A DNA stretch of 50,823 nucleotides from an uncultured Deferribacteres bacterium. Its GTDB lineage: Bacteria > Zhuqueibacterota > Zhuqueibacteria > Zhuqueibacterales > Geothermadaptataceae. Position numbers and translations under genes: made by a program. Of this stretch, positions 18,059-26,263 are shown piece after piece (the first letter of the stretch is position 1; every line of letters begins with the position of its first letter). The stretch lies in assembly GCA_964014485.1 (NCBI GenBank), contig CAXHAT010000031.1, positions 1-50,823 on the forward strand. The letters are read 5' to 3'. The notes under the pieces are model-generated. The model saw only the letters and a list, made by a program, of their open reading frames with translations, had not been told where the DNA came from and made no database searches.

Positions 18059-19042
18059 ATGACAAGATCGAAAACGCTGCCGGGCATATTGTTCGTTTTC
18101 TTCCTCGCCGTCTTTGGCTTAATTATCGGCACGATGATTGGCGGCGCTTTTTTTGTACCGGAAGGAAGCGGCCTTGCCGGACCGGCCATCGCTTTGGGCT
18201 ATGGCGCGCTCGGCGCTCTTACGGCAATTGTCGCAGGAATCATTCTTGTCGGGCGCATGTCTTACGAAACGTTGCGAAAAGCCCTGTTGTTTTCAAGCGT
18301 GATATTTGTGATTGCCATACTCGCCCTCGTTTTCCGCGCCCGTTCTCTTTCCGAGCAGCAAAACGCCCAACCTCAGCAAAAAATTTCTCCCAACCCCACA
18401 CAGCCGCAAGGCGGATTCGGCGCAATTTTATCGCCAAAAACAGCGCGAGCCGCTCAGCGATATTCGCAAGATAATTCGATAGGGCTCGGCATGATCAGTC
18501 CGCCCATAAAATCAGGCAATACGTTCTATTTTTACAGCGCACCGGATTTCTCGAATATGGCCGACCAAATGACGCCGATTGACAGCCTGACATTTTCTCA
18601 GGGCGAGCATTTTGTTGAAATCAGCTACGCGCCGCCATGGTTTTGGCCGGAAGTGATGAAGCTCGATTACAACCTGCTTCTATTGCGCGCGAAAACCTTG
18701 TCGCGAAATTGGGTCGAAGTCGTGGTCAACAAGCAAACCGGGCAAACAGCATGGATAGATCGCCTGGCGGCCGAGTTTGCCGAATGGCCTGTTTTTGTGC
18801 TCAACACGTTCGCGGTTGAGGCAATAGACCCGGCAAACAATCCGCTCCGTACCAAGCCTTTGAATCACGCCAGCCCGGTACAACCGCCCTTGTCGTCGCG
18901 CGCTCAGCTCCGCCCGCTTGCGATCCAAAACAACTGGCTTCGCGTCGCACAAATTCTGGAAGGGCAAGAAAAAACGCCAACCGGCTGGATTCGATGGCGG
19001 AATGAAGAGCAATTGCTCGTGCGCTATTCTCTATTGAATTAA
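18059..19042 (+). CDS. Hypothetical membrane protein (3 N-terminal TM helices, soluble SH3-like C-terminal part)
   Basis: Three hydrophobic segments, Q/P-rich linker, NWVEVVV..TAWI and NWLRVA..TGWIRW; GGGAGG SD. Confidence 0.7.
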   Translation: MTRSKTLPGILFVFFLAVFGLIIGTMIGGAFFVPEGSGLAGPAIALGYGALGALTAIVAGIILVGRMSYETLRKALLFSSVIFVIAILALVFRARSLSEQQNAQPQQKISPNPTQPQGGFGAILSPKTARAAQRYSQDNSIGLGMISPPIKSGNTFYFYSAPDFSNMADQMTPIDSLTFSQGEHFVEISYAPPWFWPEVMKLDYNLLLLRAKTLSRNWVEVVVNKQTGQTAWIDRLAAEFAEWPVFVLNTFAVEAIDPANNPLRTKPLNHASPVQPPLSSRAQLRPLAIQNNWLRVAQILEGQEKTPTGWIRWRNEEQLLVRYSLLN

Positions 19043-19045
19043 AAC

Positions 19046-19077
19046 AAAAAAAGCCCCGAAAAATTTTCGGGGCTTTT
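19046..19077. terminator. Bidirectional intrinsic terminator
   Basis: aaaaaaagccccgaaa-aat-tttcggggctttt; the longer U tract is on the minus strand. Confidence 0.85.
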
Positions 19078-19220
19078 GTATTTCACGGTTTCGCCGGCCG
19101 TGAAATCACTGATAGGACTACGAGGAATTGAGAGGAGAAGAACATGAATTTATGTCAACAGCTTCGTTAGTTCTGAAGCCGATTATCGTGTTAGCAGGTC
19201 ATTAACGACCTTTCGCTATG
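19046..19220 (-). ncRNA. Candidate small RNA with a CU-rich anti-SD segment
   Basis: Successive hairpins, a uucuucuccucucaauuccuc tract, a terminal terminator and an ECF-like promoter at 19221-19252. Confidence 0.4.
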
Positions 19221-19413
19221 TTATACGAACGAGCATCTCAAAAACCCTATCATGCTCGGCAAAAAGTCTTCAAATTGCTTCATCAAACGCTCAGCATTTA
19301 TTGAATTTCGGCGGCGTCCCGCGCGCGCAATTCTCGCCTGCCACGTTTCATCGTTCTTTCTCCCGGCACATTAAAACACTCGTAATCGCATGGAATAAGG
19401 CGCGTTTGCCGCG

Positions 19414-21090
19414 TCAATTTTCCCTGATTTTTCTCAAACCTTCACGCGCGTTTTTCTCCAACTGCTTTTTGAAATTTTCATCATATTGCGAATGGTTTTC
19501 AAGCAAAAAGAGCACTTTTTCATAGCAAGCCGCCGCTTTCTCGAATTCTCCGATGGCCTTGTATCCGTCGGCGAGGCTGTCGAAAACATTGGCGGCGTTT
19601 GGGAACATCTCCGCGTTCAATTTGAAAATCGCCACGGCGTCCTGCGCTTTGTTGTGATTCAACAATTGGTAGCCCAGACCGTTCAACTCGTTTTCGCCAA
19701 AATTGTACTCGTGCGGCTTTTCCCTTCTCAACTTGCGGTATTCCTCCACCGCCGCCTCTCCCCCACTGAACATGATCGTGTGCATTAAAGCCTCGGCGAT
19801 TGAAGGCTTCTCGTTTTCTTGCGCCGTCGTTTCTCCAAGCTCCAGAAAATGTCCCTGTTTGAACCATAAACTGATTTTTTGAGTGTTCTCAAAATCATCC
19901 AACGGATTTCCTTCCAGCGCTAAGAAGCTAGCTTCAAAACCTTCATCCAAGCGTCCAATTTTTCGATCCGGGAAAATGGTCTCCGGCGTTGTTTCCGTCC
20001 ACATTTTGAGCAAGGTTAAATTGTCGAACAGCTCCAGACTTCGCAGATTTTGGATTTCATCCCACATCGTGAGATCGTCGTTATCCGTACCAAGCGCCAA
20101 CTTTACCCCTGCTTCACGCAAGAGGGCAAGATTGTGTTTGTGAACTTCAGACAGCGACGGGATGTGACTCGACGGCCTGTGGCTTATGGTCGTGGTGACT
20201 ACCGTGACTTTTTTCTGAGCGGCAAGTTCAACGTCCTCTTTGGAAAGCTTCGCCAACGGCAAATGATTAATTTCATCCACGCCGGCAAGAACGGCGTTGC
20301 GGAAATCAGCCGCCGTGTTGACGTGAGTTGAAACGCGCAGACTCCGCTCATGTGCAAGCGCGACAATTTTGGGCAAAAGTTTTGGGTCTAAGGCTTTTTG
20401 ACCGAAAAAATTCGGATCGTCTTTTCGCTGCTCAAACGTCTCGGAAAATTCGAGATATGTTTTGATGAAATCGGGCTTCCCGGCGATGATTCTCGCCCAT
20501 TGTTTCTCAAGCTCATCTTCAGAATTGACGATAAAATATGCTTGTCCCGGCATGTCGTTCTTTTCCCATCCGGGCGCGCCGCCGTGCTGTACGATCATGT
20601 CATAAATTTGAACGGGATGCCCGCCCGCTGCGGTCAGGCCGCCGTTGGAATAGATCACGTCCACGCTGTACGGCGTGTTAACATGCTCGCGCACCGGCTC
20701 TGTCAGCTTTTGAATATTGTTCGGGTTTTTGAGGTAAAAAATCCCCTTTCTCAGGAAAGCCTCAATTTGCGCTTCGTGATCGATGACATTTGCAAGCGCG
20801 TGATTGTGCGCATCAGCGAACGGCGGCACGATAAACTTTTGTTTCAAATCGACTGTTGAATCAAGCTTTCCGTCAAAAGTCAGGCGGAATTCGCCGTTGA
20901 CGGCGTACATGGTTTTGGCGTGAAACGATTGGCCGTCGAACCATAAGCCATTGTCAAAACGAACGGCAAAATCGTGCGGCGGGGACTCGGATTTTGCCGC
21001 GCAAGCGGAAAGGAAAAGCAGCCATAAAAGCGCAAAACGAGAAAACAAAGGTTTTAAAAATCTGAATGGATTAAAAACAAGATGACGCAT
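19414..21090 (-). CDS. Amidohydrolase lipoprotein with C-terminal TPR domain
   Basis: Lipobox LSAC; DAHNH, STHV, EINHL and GTD motifs; TPR ENELNGLGYQLL...NVFDSLADGY; ATG 21090 with an AGGAGG SD. Confidence 0.85.
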   Translation of the reverse strand: MRHLVFNPFRFLKPLFSRFALLWLLFLSACAAKSESPPHDFAVRFDNGLWFDGQSFHAKTMYAVNGEFRLTFDGKLDSTVDLKQKFIVPPFADAHNHALANVIDHEAQIEAFLRKGIFYLKNPNNIQKLTEPVREHVNTPYSVDVIYSNGGLTAAGGHPVQIYDMIVQHGGAPGWEKNDMPGQAYFIVNSEDELEKQWARIIAGKPDFIKTYLEFSETFEQRKDDPNFFGQKALDPKLLPKIVALAHERSLRVSTHVNTAADFRNAVLAGVDEINHLPLAKLSKEDVELAAQKKVTVVTTTISHRPSSHIPSLSEVHKHNLALLREAGVKLALGTDNDDLTMWDEIQNLRSLELFDNLTLLKMWTETTPETIFPDRKIGRLDEGFEASFLALEGNPLDDFENTQKISLWFKQGHFLELGETTAQENEKPSIAEALMHTIMFSGGEAAVEEYRKLRREKPHEYNFGENELNGLGYQLLNHNKAQDAVAIFKLNAEMFPNAANVFDSLADGYKAIGEFEKAAACYEKVLFLLENHSQYDENFKKQLEKNAREGLRKIREN

Positions 21091-21149
21091 TTGACCTCCT
21101 TTGTATTTGAATTGATTGAAGGCCAACACGCGAAAGGCGGGCTAAAGTG

Positions 21150-21179
21150 TTCTAAATTCTTCTAAGATATTCTCAAAAT
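21150..21179. promoter_or_regulatory. Three 10-bp-phased direct repeats (candidate OmpR/PhoB-type wHTH site)
   Basis: ttctaaattc ttctaagata ttctcaaaat. Confidence 0.5.
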
Positions 21180-21203
21180 CCGAAATGGCGGGAAATGTGA
21201 AGA

Positions 21204-21683
21204 TCAGAAATGCGCGTGTCTCTTGGTCAGCATGACGACGAGAAACAAAATGACAATGAAGGAAACGATTAGAAAGCGCAAACCGATGCGTTCATCCAGA
21301 AATTCCAGGAAACGCCGCTTCCCCACTCGGCGAGCTGGAACTTCATCGGGTTGTACGAGCATCCGGTAGCCGACGCGCGGAATTGTTTTGACGTACTTGG
21401 GTGCACGGGAATCGTCTCCGAGCGCTTTGCGTAAACTGCTCACCGCGACGGTCAAGACTTCGTCGGTAAACACGCCCTCACCCCAAACCGCCTTGAGAAT
21501 TTCTTCTTTCGTCAAATCGCGCCCGGCGTTTTCAGCAAGGAAGAGCAGCAACTGCATCACTTTGTGATCGAGCTTTTTACTCTCGCCATTCCGTAAAATC
21601 TGATTGGCGTCCGGCGCAACCCGCCATTCGCCTAGGCAAAATCTTTCTGATTCGTTCGTTTTAAACATAGCGATATTCTTCAA
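21204..21683 (-). CDS. CadC/ToxR-like winged-helix regulator with a single C-terminal TM helix
   Basis: KVMQLLLFLAENAG..LTKEEILKAVW..LTVAVSSLRKALGDD..P.YVKTIPRVGYR, then a TM helix (FLIVSFIVILFLVVML). The start may be 21668. Confidence 0.9.
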   Translation of the reverse strand: MKNIAMFKTNESERFCLGEWRVAPDANQILRNGESKKLDHKVMQLLLFLAENAGRDLTKEEILKAVWGEGVFTDEVLTVAVSSLRKALGDDSRAPKYVKTIPRVGYRMLVQPDEVPARRVGKRRFLEFLDERIGLRFLIVSFIVILFLVVMLTKRHAHF

Positions 21684-21764
21684 TAATGAATGATCAGCGT
21701 CACATGGTCACGATCAGCAGATTATAATCTAACTGGGCTCAATTCGCAACCGAATCAACAACAA

Positions 21765-21859
21765 AAACATGGTTCCTGGAATGAGAGACGTACCGCAGGT
21801 AGGGGTTCAAAATCTTGAACCCCTACGCCATGCTGTGTGTCGCTCTACAAATTTTTTGT
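21765..21859. repeat. GTAG-type REP unit, family D, copy 1
   Basis: Perfect hairpin gtaggggttcaa-aatc-ttgaacccctac (21799-21826), identical at 49223-49250; flanks are also homologous. Confidence 0.88.
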
Positions 21860-22036
21860 TTTGAGTCAACCTCAGCCGTGAGGTTAGTTCAAGCTAAGGC
21901 TTTCGATGATCCGTGGGATTTTCAGGATGAAAGCATTTGGCTAAGTCCTTGAATTAGGCAAAATTAACCCGTTGACAGTGCAGGCCGACGGCCCTTTTAT
22001 TCCAAAACGCAAAACTCAATTCTCAGGTAAATTTCA

Positions 22037-23041
22037 ATGTCTCGAAATTCCTTCTTTTGTATTGACGCTCACACATGCGGCAATCCCGTCCGCCTGGTTG
22101 CGGGCGGCGGACCGCCTTTGGAAGGCGCGACAATGAGCGAAAAACGACAGCATTTTCTCGCGGAATACGACTGGATCCGCACCGGTCTCATGTTTGAACC
22201 GCGCGGCCACGACATGATGTCCGGCAGCATCCCGTACCCGCCGACGCGCGACGATTGCGACATCGCCATTTTGTTTATCGAAACGAGCGGCTGCTTGCCG
22301 ATGTGCGGGCACGGAACGATTGGCACGGTGACAATTCTGTTGGAGCACGGCTTGGTCAATCCTGCGCAAAAGGGCGTTCTCAGGCTCGATACGCCGGCCG
22401 GGCGCGTGGACGCTCATTACACGCAAAAGGGCAAAAAAGTTACGTCCGTCCGCCTTATCAACATACCTTCTTTTTTGCATTCTGAAAACCTTGAAATCGA
22501 GTGCCCGGAGCTTGGCCGACTCGTCGTCGATGTTGCGTATGGCGGTAACTTCTACGCGATTGTCGATCCGCAGGAGAACTATCGCGATTTGGAAGATTTT
22601 ACCGCAGGGGATTTGGTTCGGATGAGCCCGGTTATTCGCGAACGGATGAACGAAAAATACACTTTTATTCACCCGGAAAACGAAACGATTTGCGGCTTGA
22701 GCCACCTGGAATGGACGGGAAAACCCAAGCAGCCCGAAGCCGACGCTCGCAACGCCGTCTTTTACGGCGACAAAGCAATTGACCGCTCGCCTTGCGGCAC
22801 GGGAACTTCCGCGCGCATGGCGCAATGGGCGGCGAAAGGCAAGCTAAAAACCGGCGACTTCTTCGTTCATGAGAGCTTTATCGGCAGCTTGTTCAAAGGC
22901 CGTGTAGAAGAAAAAACGCGCGTTGGTGCATTTGAAGCGATCATTCCAAGCATTGAAGGTTGGGCGGTGATCACCGGCTTAAACACCATTTTTATTGATG
23001 ACGAAGAAGACCCTTACGCACACGGATTTCAGGTTGTTTAG
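22037..23041 (+). CDS. 4-hydroxyproline 2-epimerase (proline racemase family)
   Basis: EPRGHDMMSG, MCGHGTIG and DRSPCGTGTSARMA (two catalytic Cys). Confidence 0.9.
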   Translation: MSRNSFFCIDAHTCGNPVRLVAGGGPPLEGATMSEKRQHFLAEYDWIRTGLMFEPRGHDMMSGSIPYPPTRDDCDIAILFIETSGCLPMCGHGTIGTVTILLEHGLVNPAQKGVLRLDTPAGRVDAHYTQKGKKVTSVRLINIPSFLHSENLEIECPELGRLVVDVAYGGNFYAIVDPQENYRDLEDFTAGDLVRMSPVIRERMNEKYTFIHPENETICGLSHLEWTGKPKQPEADARNAVFYGDKAIDRSPCGTGTSARMAQWAAKGKLKTGDFFVHESFIGSLFKGRVEEKTRVGAFEAIIPSIEGWAVITGLNTIFIDDEEDPYAHGFQVV

Positions 23042-24295
23042 ATGACGGAAAAATCAGACGTAATCGTAATCGGCGGGGGCGTAATCGGCTTGTGCAGCGC
23101 GTATTTTTTACAAAAATCAGGGGCGACCGTGACCGTTGTTGAGCGCGGGGAAATTGGCGGCGAGTGTTCCTGGGGAAATGCCGGGCTCATTGTGCCAAGC
23201 CACGTCATCCCTCTTGCCACGCCCGGCATTATCGCCAAGGGCTTGAAGTGGATGTTCGACTCGGAAAGCCCGTTTTACATCAAACCAAGAATGAACCTGC
23301 AATTCTTGTCATGGCTTTGGCAATTCCGCAAGGCTTGCTCGCTCGCGCGCATTGAAAAGTCAATCCCCGTGCTGCACGGACTTTTGCAGGCCAGTCACGA
23401 CATTTACAAAAATTTTACTGCCAACGGCGAGTTGGATTTTTCATTGGAAGAGAAAGGCCTTTTGATGCTCTGCAAAACAGAAAAAGGCTTTGACGAGGAA
23501 CGGAAAGCGGCGGAAGCTGGACGCGCTTTGGGGATGAAAATCACCGATATGTCGCGCGACGAACTGCTTGCGATGGATCCGGCGTTGCAAACCAGTGCGC
23601 CGTTTGGGGTGTATTATCATCAGGACATGCACTTTAACCCCGACCATTTCACTCAGGCGCTGAAAAAACATTTGGAAACAAAAGATGTCCGATTCCTGAC
23701 GCACGCCGAGGCGACCGGGTTTATCCGGCGCGGGGAAAAGTTGCTGGGTTTGCTGACCACCAAAGGAACTTTGCAGGGTGAACAGTTCGTGCTCGCTTGC
23801 GGAAGCTGGTCGCCGCAAGTCGCTGACTTCCTGAAACTTCGATTGCCTGTTGAAGCGGGCAAGGGCTACAGCGTAACCACCGCCGCTCCCAAAAATTTTT
23901 CAAAAATTCCGTCCATGCTCTCGGAAGCCAAAGTTGCGATTACGCCGCTTGGTGAAAAAATTCGCTACGCGGGAACGATGGAATTGGCCGGTTTAGATTT
24001 GCACGTTAATCAGCGGCGAGTCAACGCCATCCTGAAAGCAGTTGCAGATTATTTTCCAAATCTTGAACTCAGCGCCGCGTTCCAGGAGAAACCCTGGAGC
24101 GGTTTGCGGCCATGCACGCCGGACGGCCTGCCGATTATTGGTCGCGCAAATCAATTTGAAAACTTGACCATCGCAACAGGCCACGCCATGCTGGGCGTTT
24201 CTCTTGCTCCAATTACAGGTCAACTTGTCGGGCAAATTGTTGCGGAACAAACCGCATCATTGGATTTATCTCCACTGCGCGTTGACCGGTTTTGA
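23042..24295 (+). CDS. FAD-dependent D-amino-acid dehydrogenase (DadA-like, probably acting on D-hydroxyproline)
   Basis: GGGVIG, SWGNAG, GKGYS, WSGLRPCTPDGLP and GHAMLG motifs; abuts the epimerase gene. Confidence 0.88.
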   Translation: MTEKSDVIVIGGGVIGLCSAYFLQKSGATVTVVERGEIGGECSWGNAGLIVPSHVIPLATPGIIAKGLKWMFDSESPFYIKPRMNLQFLSWLWQFRKACSLARIEKSIPVLHGLLQASHDIYKNFTANGELDFSLEEKGLLMLCKTEKGFDEERKAAEAGRALGMKITDMSRDELLAMDPALQTSAPFGVYYHQDMHFNPDHFTQALKKHLETKDVRFLTHAEATGFIRRGEKLLGLLTTKGTLQGEQFVLACGSWSPQVADFLKLRLPVEAGKGYSVTTAAPKNFSKIPSMLSEAKVAITPLGEKIRYAGTMELAGLDLHVNQRRVNAILKAVADYFPNLELSAAFQEKPWSGLRPCTPDGLPIIGRANQFENLTIATGHAMLGVSLAPITGQLVGQIVAEQTASLDLSPLRVDRF

Positions 24296-24299
24296 TGAA

Positions 24300-26111
24300 C
24301 TAACGTGCGCCGTTGACGATCTCCCTCGCTTCAGCGATCACTTTCGGCATGCTCTCTTGAGTCGGCTCTTCAGAAAGTATGGAATTCACCACGGCGGGTT
24401 TCTTGACCTCCAGGCCAAGTTCCAAAGTCTTCAGGTAAATCTCATGCGCGCGGCGATCCTTCCTGCCCATCTCCACATAAGCGTTGGCAAGCGCGCCGTA
24501 CAAACTCGCGTCGGCGGGGCGTTTTTTGATAAGCTTCTCGTAAACGAAGGCTGCGCGATCAGGCTGTTTTCTGAGAATAAACAATCGCGCGCGATTGCGA
24601 GGCGAGCCCAACACCAGCCCGACGCTCAGTAAAAGCAAAGCAACGCCTCCGGCCCAGAGCAAACCTGCGCCGGCGTTCAACTCATCACTCTCTTCTTTTG
24701 AAGCGTTGTTTTTGACCAGTGTTGCAGATTTGACAAGGTTCGCTCGCGACAGCGCCAGTTGATGAATCACATCCTTATAGTCCGATTGCAGCATGCGCAG
24801 GCTTTCGAAGCCCGTCACGGCGGTCATCCAATCTTCCCGCGCGACAGCCTGCATCGCAAGCGTGTAAAGCGAATCAAGGCGCTCAGTGGATTGCCGGGCG
24901 CTCAATTCCGAGTTTGAAGGCGGGGCCAGGCGCTTCTCCTGCTGATTTTGCGCAATGGCAAGAGCGTTTTCGTCGATATTCGATTCCGGTATTTTTTCAA
25001 TGACTGCTGAACCGGCATTTAGTTCACGTTTCTCCTGACTGGCTATGCTTGCTCGATAAGCTTTCTTTGCCGCGGTAAGTTTTTTCCTCGCCTCATTAAA
25101 ACCGCCGTCCGCGGCGACGGTTTTTTCCAGGAATGCAATCGCATTGATCCAATCTTCATTTTCAAAAGCGATGAGCGCCTTGCTCCACATCTCCTCGACC
25201 TGCTGCTGCGTTTTTGCACGCTCGAGCAGCTTCAAAGTCTCTTCGTGCTCCCGTTTGGCTCCGCGATAATCTTTGGATTTAGCCAGGATTGCCGCATACT
25301 TGGCGGCGGCTTCTTCCAGCTTCCCGTCAGAACGCAAGCGCCGAGCATCCTGATAGACCACTTCCAGTTCAGCGTCCATGGATTTTTGCGCGAGCGCTTC
25401 TTCAACGCTTTGGATTCTCGTTTGGGAAACCTTGTGACTGCTGCCCAACTCTTTCGCGCGCGCCAACGTGACTCGGGCCGTCTCAAAGTCATTTTCTTCC
25501 ACTTCTTTTTCTAATGCATCAAGCAGCGTTTCCACGCGCTCTTCTTTTTCAGCAAGCTGTATTAAATTCGCCACGGCTTCGCTGTTCTTCAAAGCATTAT
25601 CGTCGATTGCCCTTAACTCGCGCAAGGCGTCAAAAAAGCGCCCCTCTGCTATAAATGATTTTGCAAGGTCGAGTGAAATAACCGCGAGAATCTTCTTGTT
25701 CCCCGTCTCATTTTTTGCGCGTACCAGCGTTTGTTCAAATTCGCGCTGTTGGCCGAGATTTCTGTAGCAAACGCCCAATTCGAAAAGCGCTTTCGCCTTT
25801 GCATCCCGTTTAACCAGGTTATTTTCAATCGCAGTTGCTTTCGAAAAATATGTCGCGGCTTGCTTAAAATTCTGCTTTTTTCTATAAATTGATCCCAGAT
25901 TATAGAGTGCTTCAAAAAATTCTGGATTGTGCTCGACGGCTTTCTTATAGCAAAACACCTTCTTTTCAATCGTCTGCTCCTTAATCCCTTGCTCAAACCA
26001 GTGAGCGGCTTTTTGAACATCAGTTTGCGCTTGCAGCGCTGAACAAGTAAGAAGAAAGATTCCGCAAATCACGGCCAACTTCCAGCACCAGCTTGTTGTT
26101 GCATTTTTCAT
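24300..26111 (-). CDS. Single-pass TPR membrane protein (periplasmic TPR array, TM helix, cytoplasmic TPR-like domain)
   Basis: Signal peptide (ALQA-Q), TPRs (EALYNLGSIY..), TM helix LLWAGGVALLLLSVGLVLG, C-terminal domain homologous to the neighbouring gene. Confidence 0.8.
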   Translation of the reverse strand: MKNATTSWCWKLAVICGIFLLTCSALQAQTDVQKAAHWFEQGIKEQTIEKKVFCYKKAVEHNPEFFEALYNLGSIYRKKQNFKQAATYFSKATAIENNLVKRDAKAKALFELGVCYRNLGQQREFEQTLVRAKNETGNKKILAVISLDLAKSFIAEGRFFDALRELRAIDDNALKNSEAVANLIQLAEKEERVETLLDALEKEVEENDFETARVTLARAKELGSSHKVSQTRIQSVEEALAQKSMDAELEVVYQDARRLRSDGKLEEAAAKYAAILAKSKDYRGAKREHEETLKLLERAKTQQQVEEMWSKALIAFENEDWINAIAFLEKTVAADGGFNEARKKLTAAKKAYRASIASQEKRELNAGSAVIEKIPESNIDENALAIAQNQQEKRLAPPSNSELSARQSTERLDSLYTLAMQAVAREDWMTAVTGFESLRMLQSDYKDVIHQLALSRANLVKSATLVKNNASKEESDELNAGAGLLWAGGVALLLLSVGLVLGSPRNRARLFILRKQPDRAAFVYEKLIKKRPADASLYGALANAYVEMGRKDRRAHEIYLKTLELGLEVKKPAVVNSILSEEPTQESMPKVIAEAREIVNGAR

Positions 26112-26263
26112 GGTTTTCTTCCTCCAATGTCATTTTTTTGTTTTCCTGGCGACGAAAATGTCTTCACAGCATTGAAAGCGCCAGGTGATTCGGCGACGAT
26201 TCTTTCGAAACTTCAACAAACACCCTCGGGCACGGCGTAGTCTCCCGAATAGATCTGGAAGCG

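Noticed and set aside
22034..22825. 263-aa minus-strand ORF
   Set aside because: Antisense shadow of the Hyp epimerase gene.
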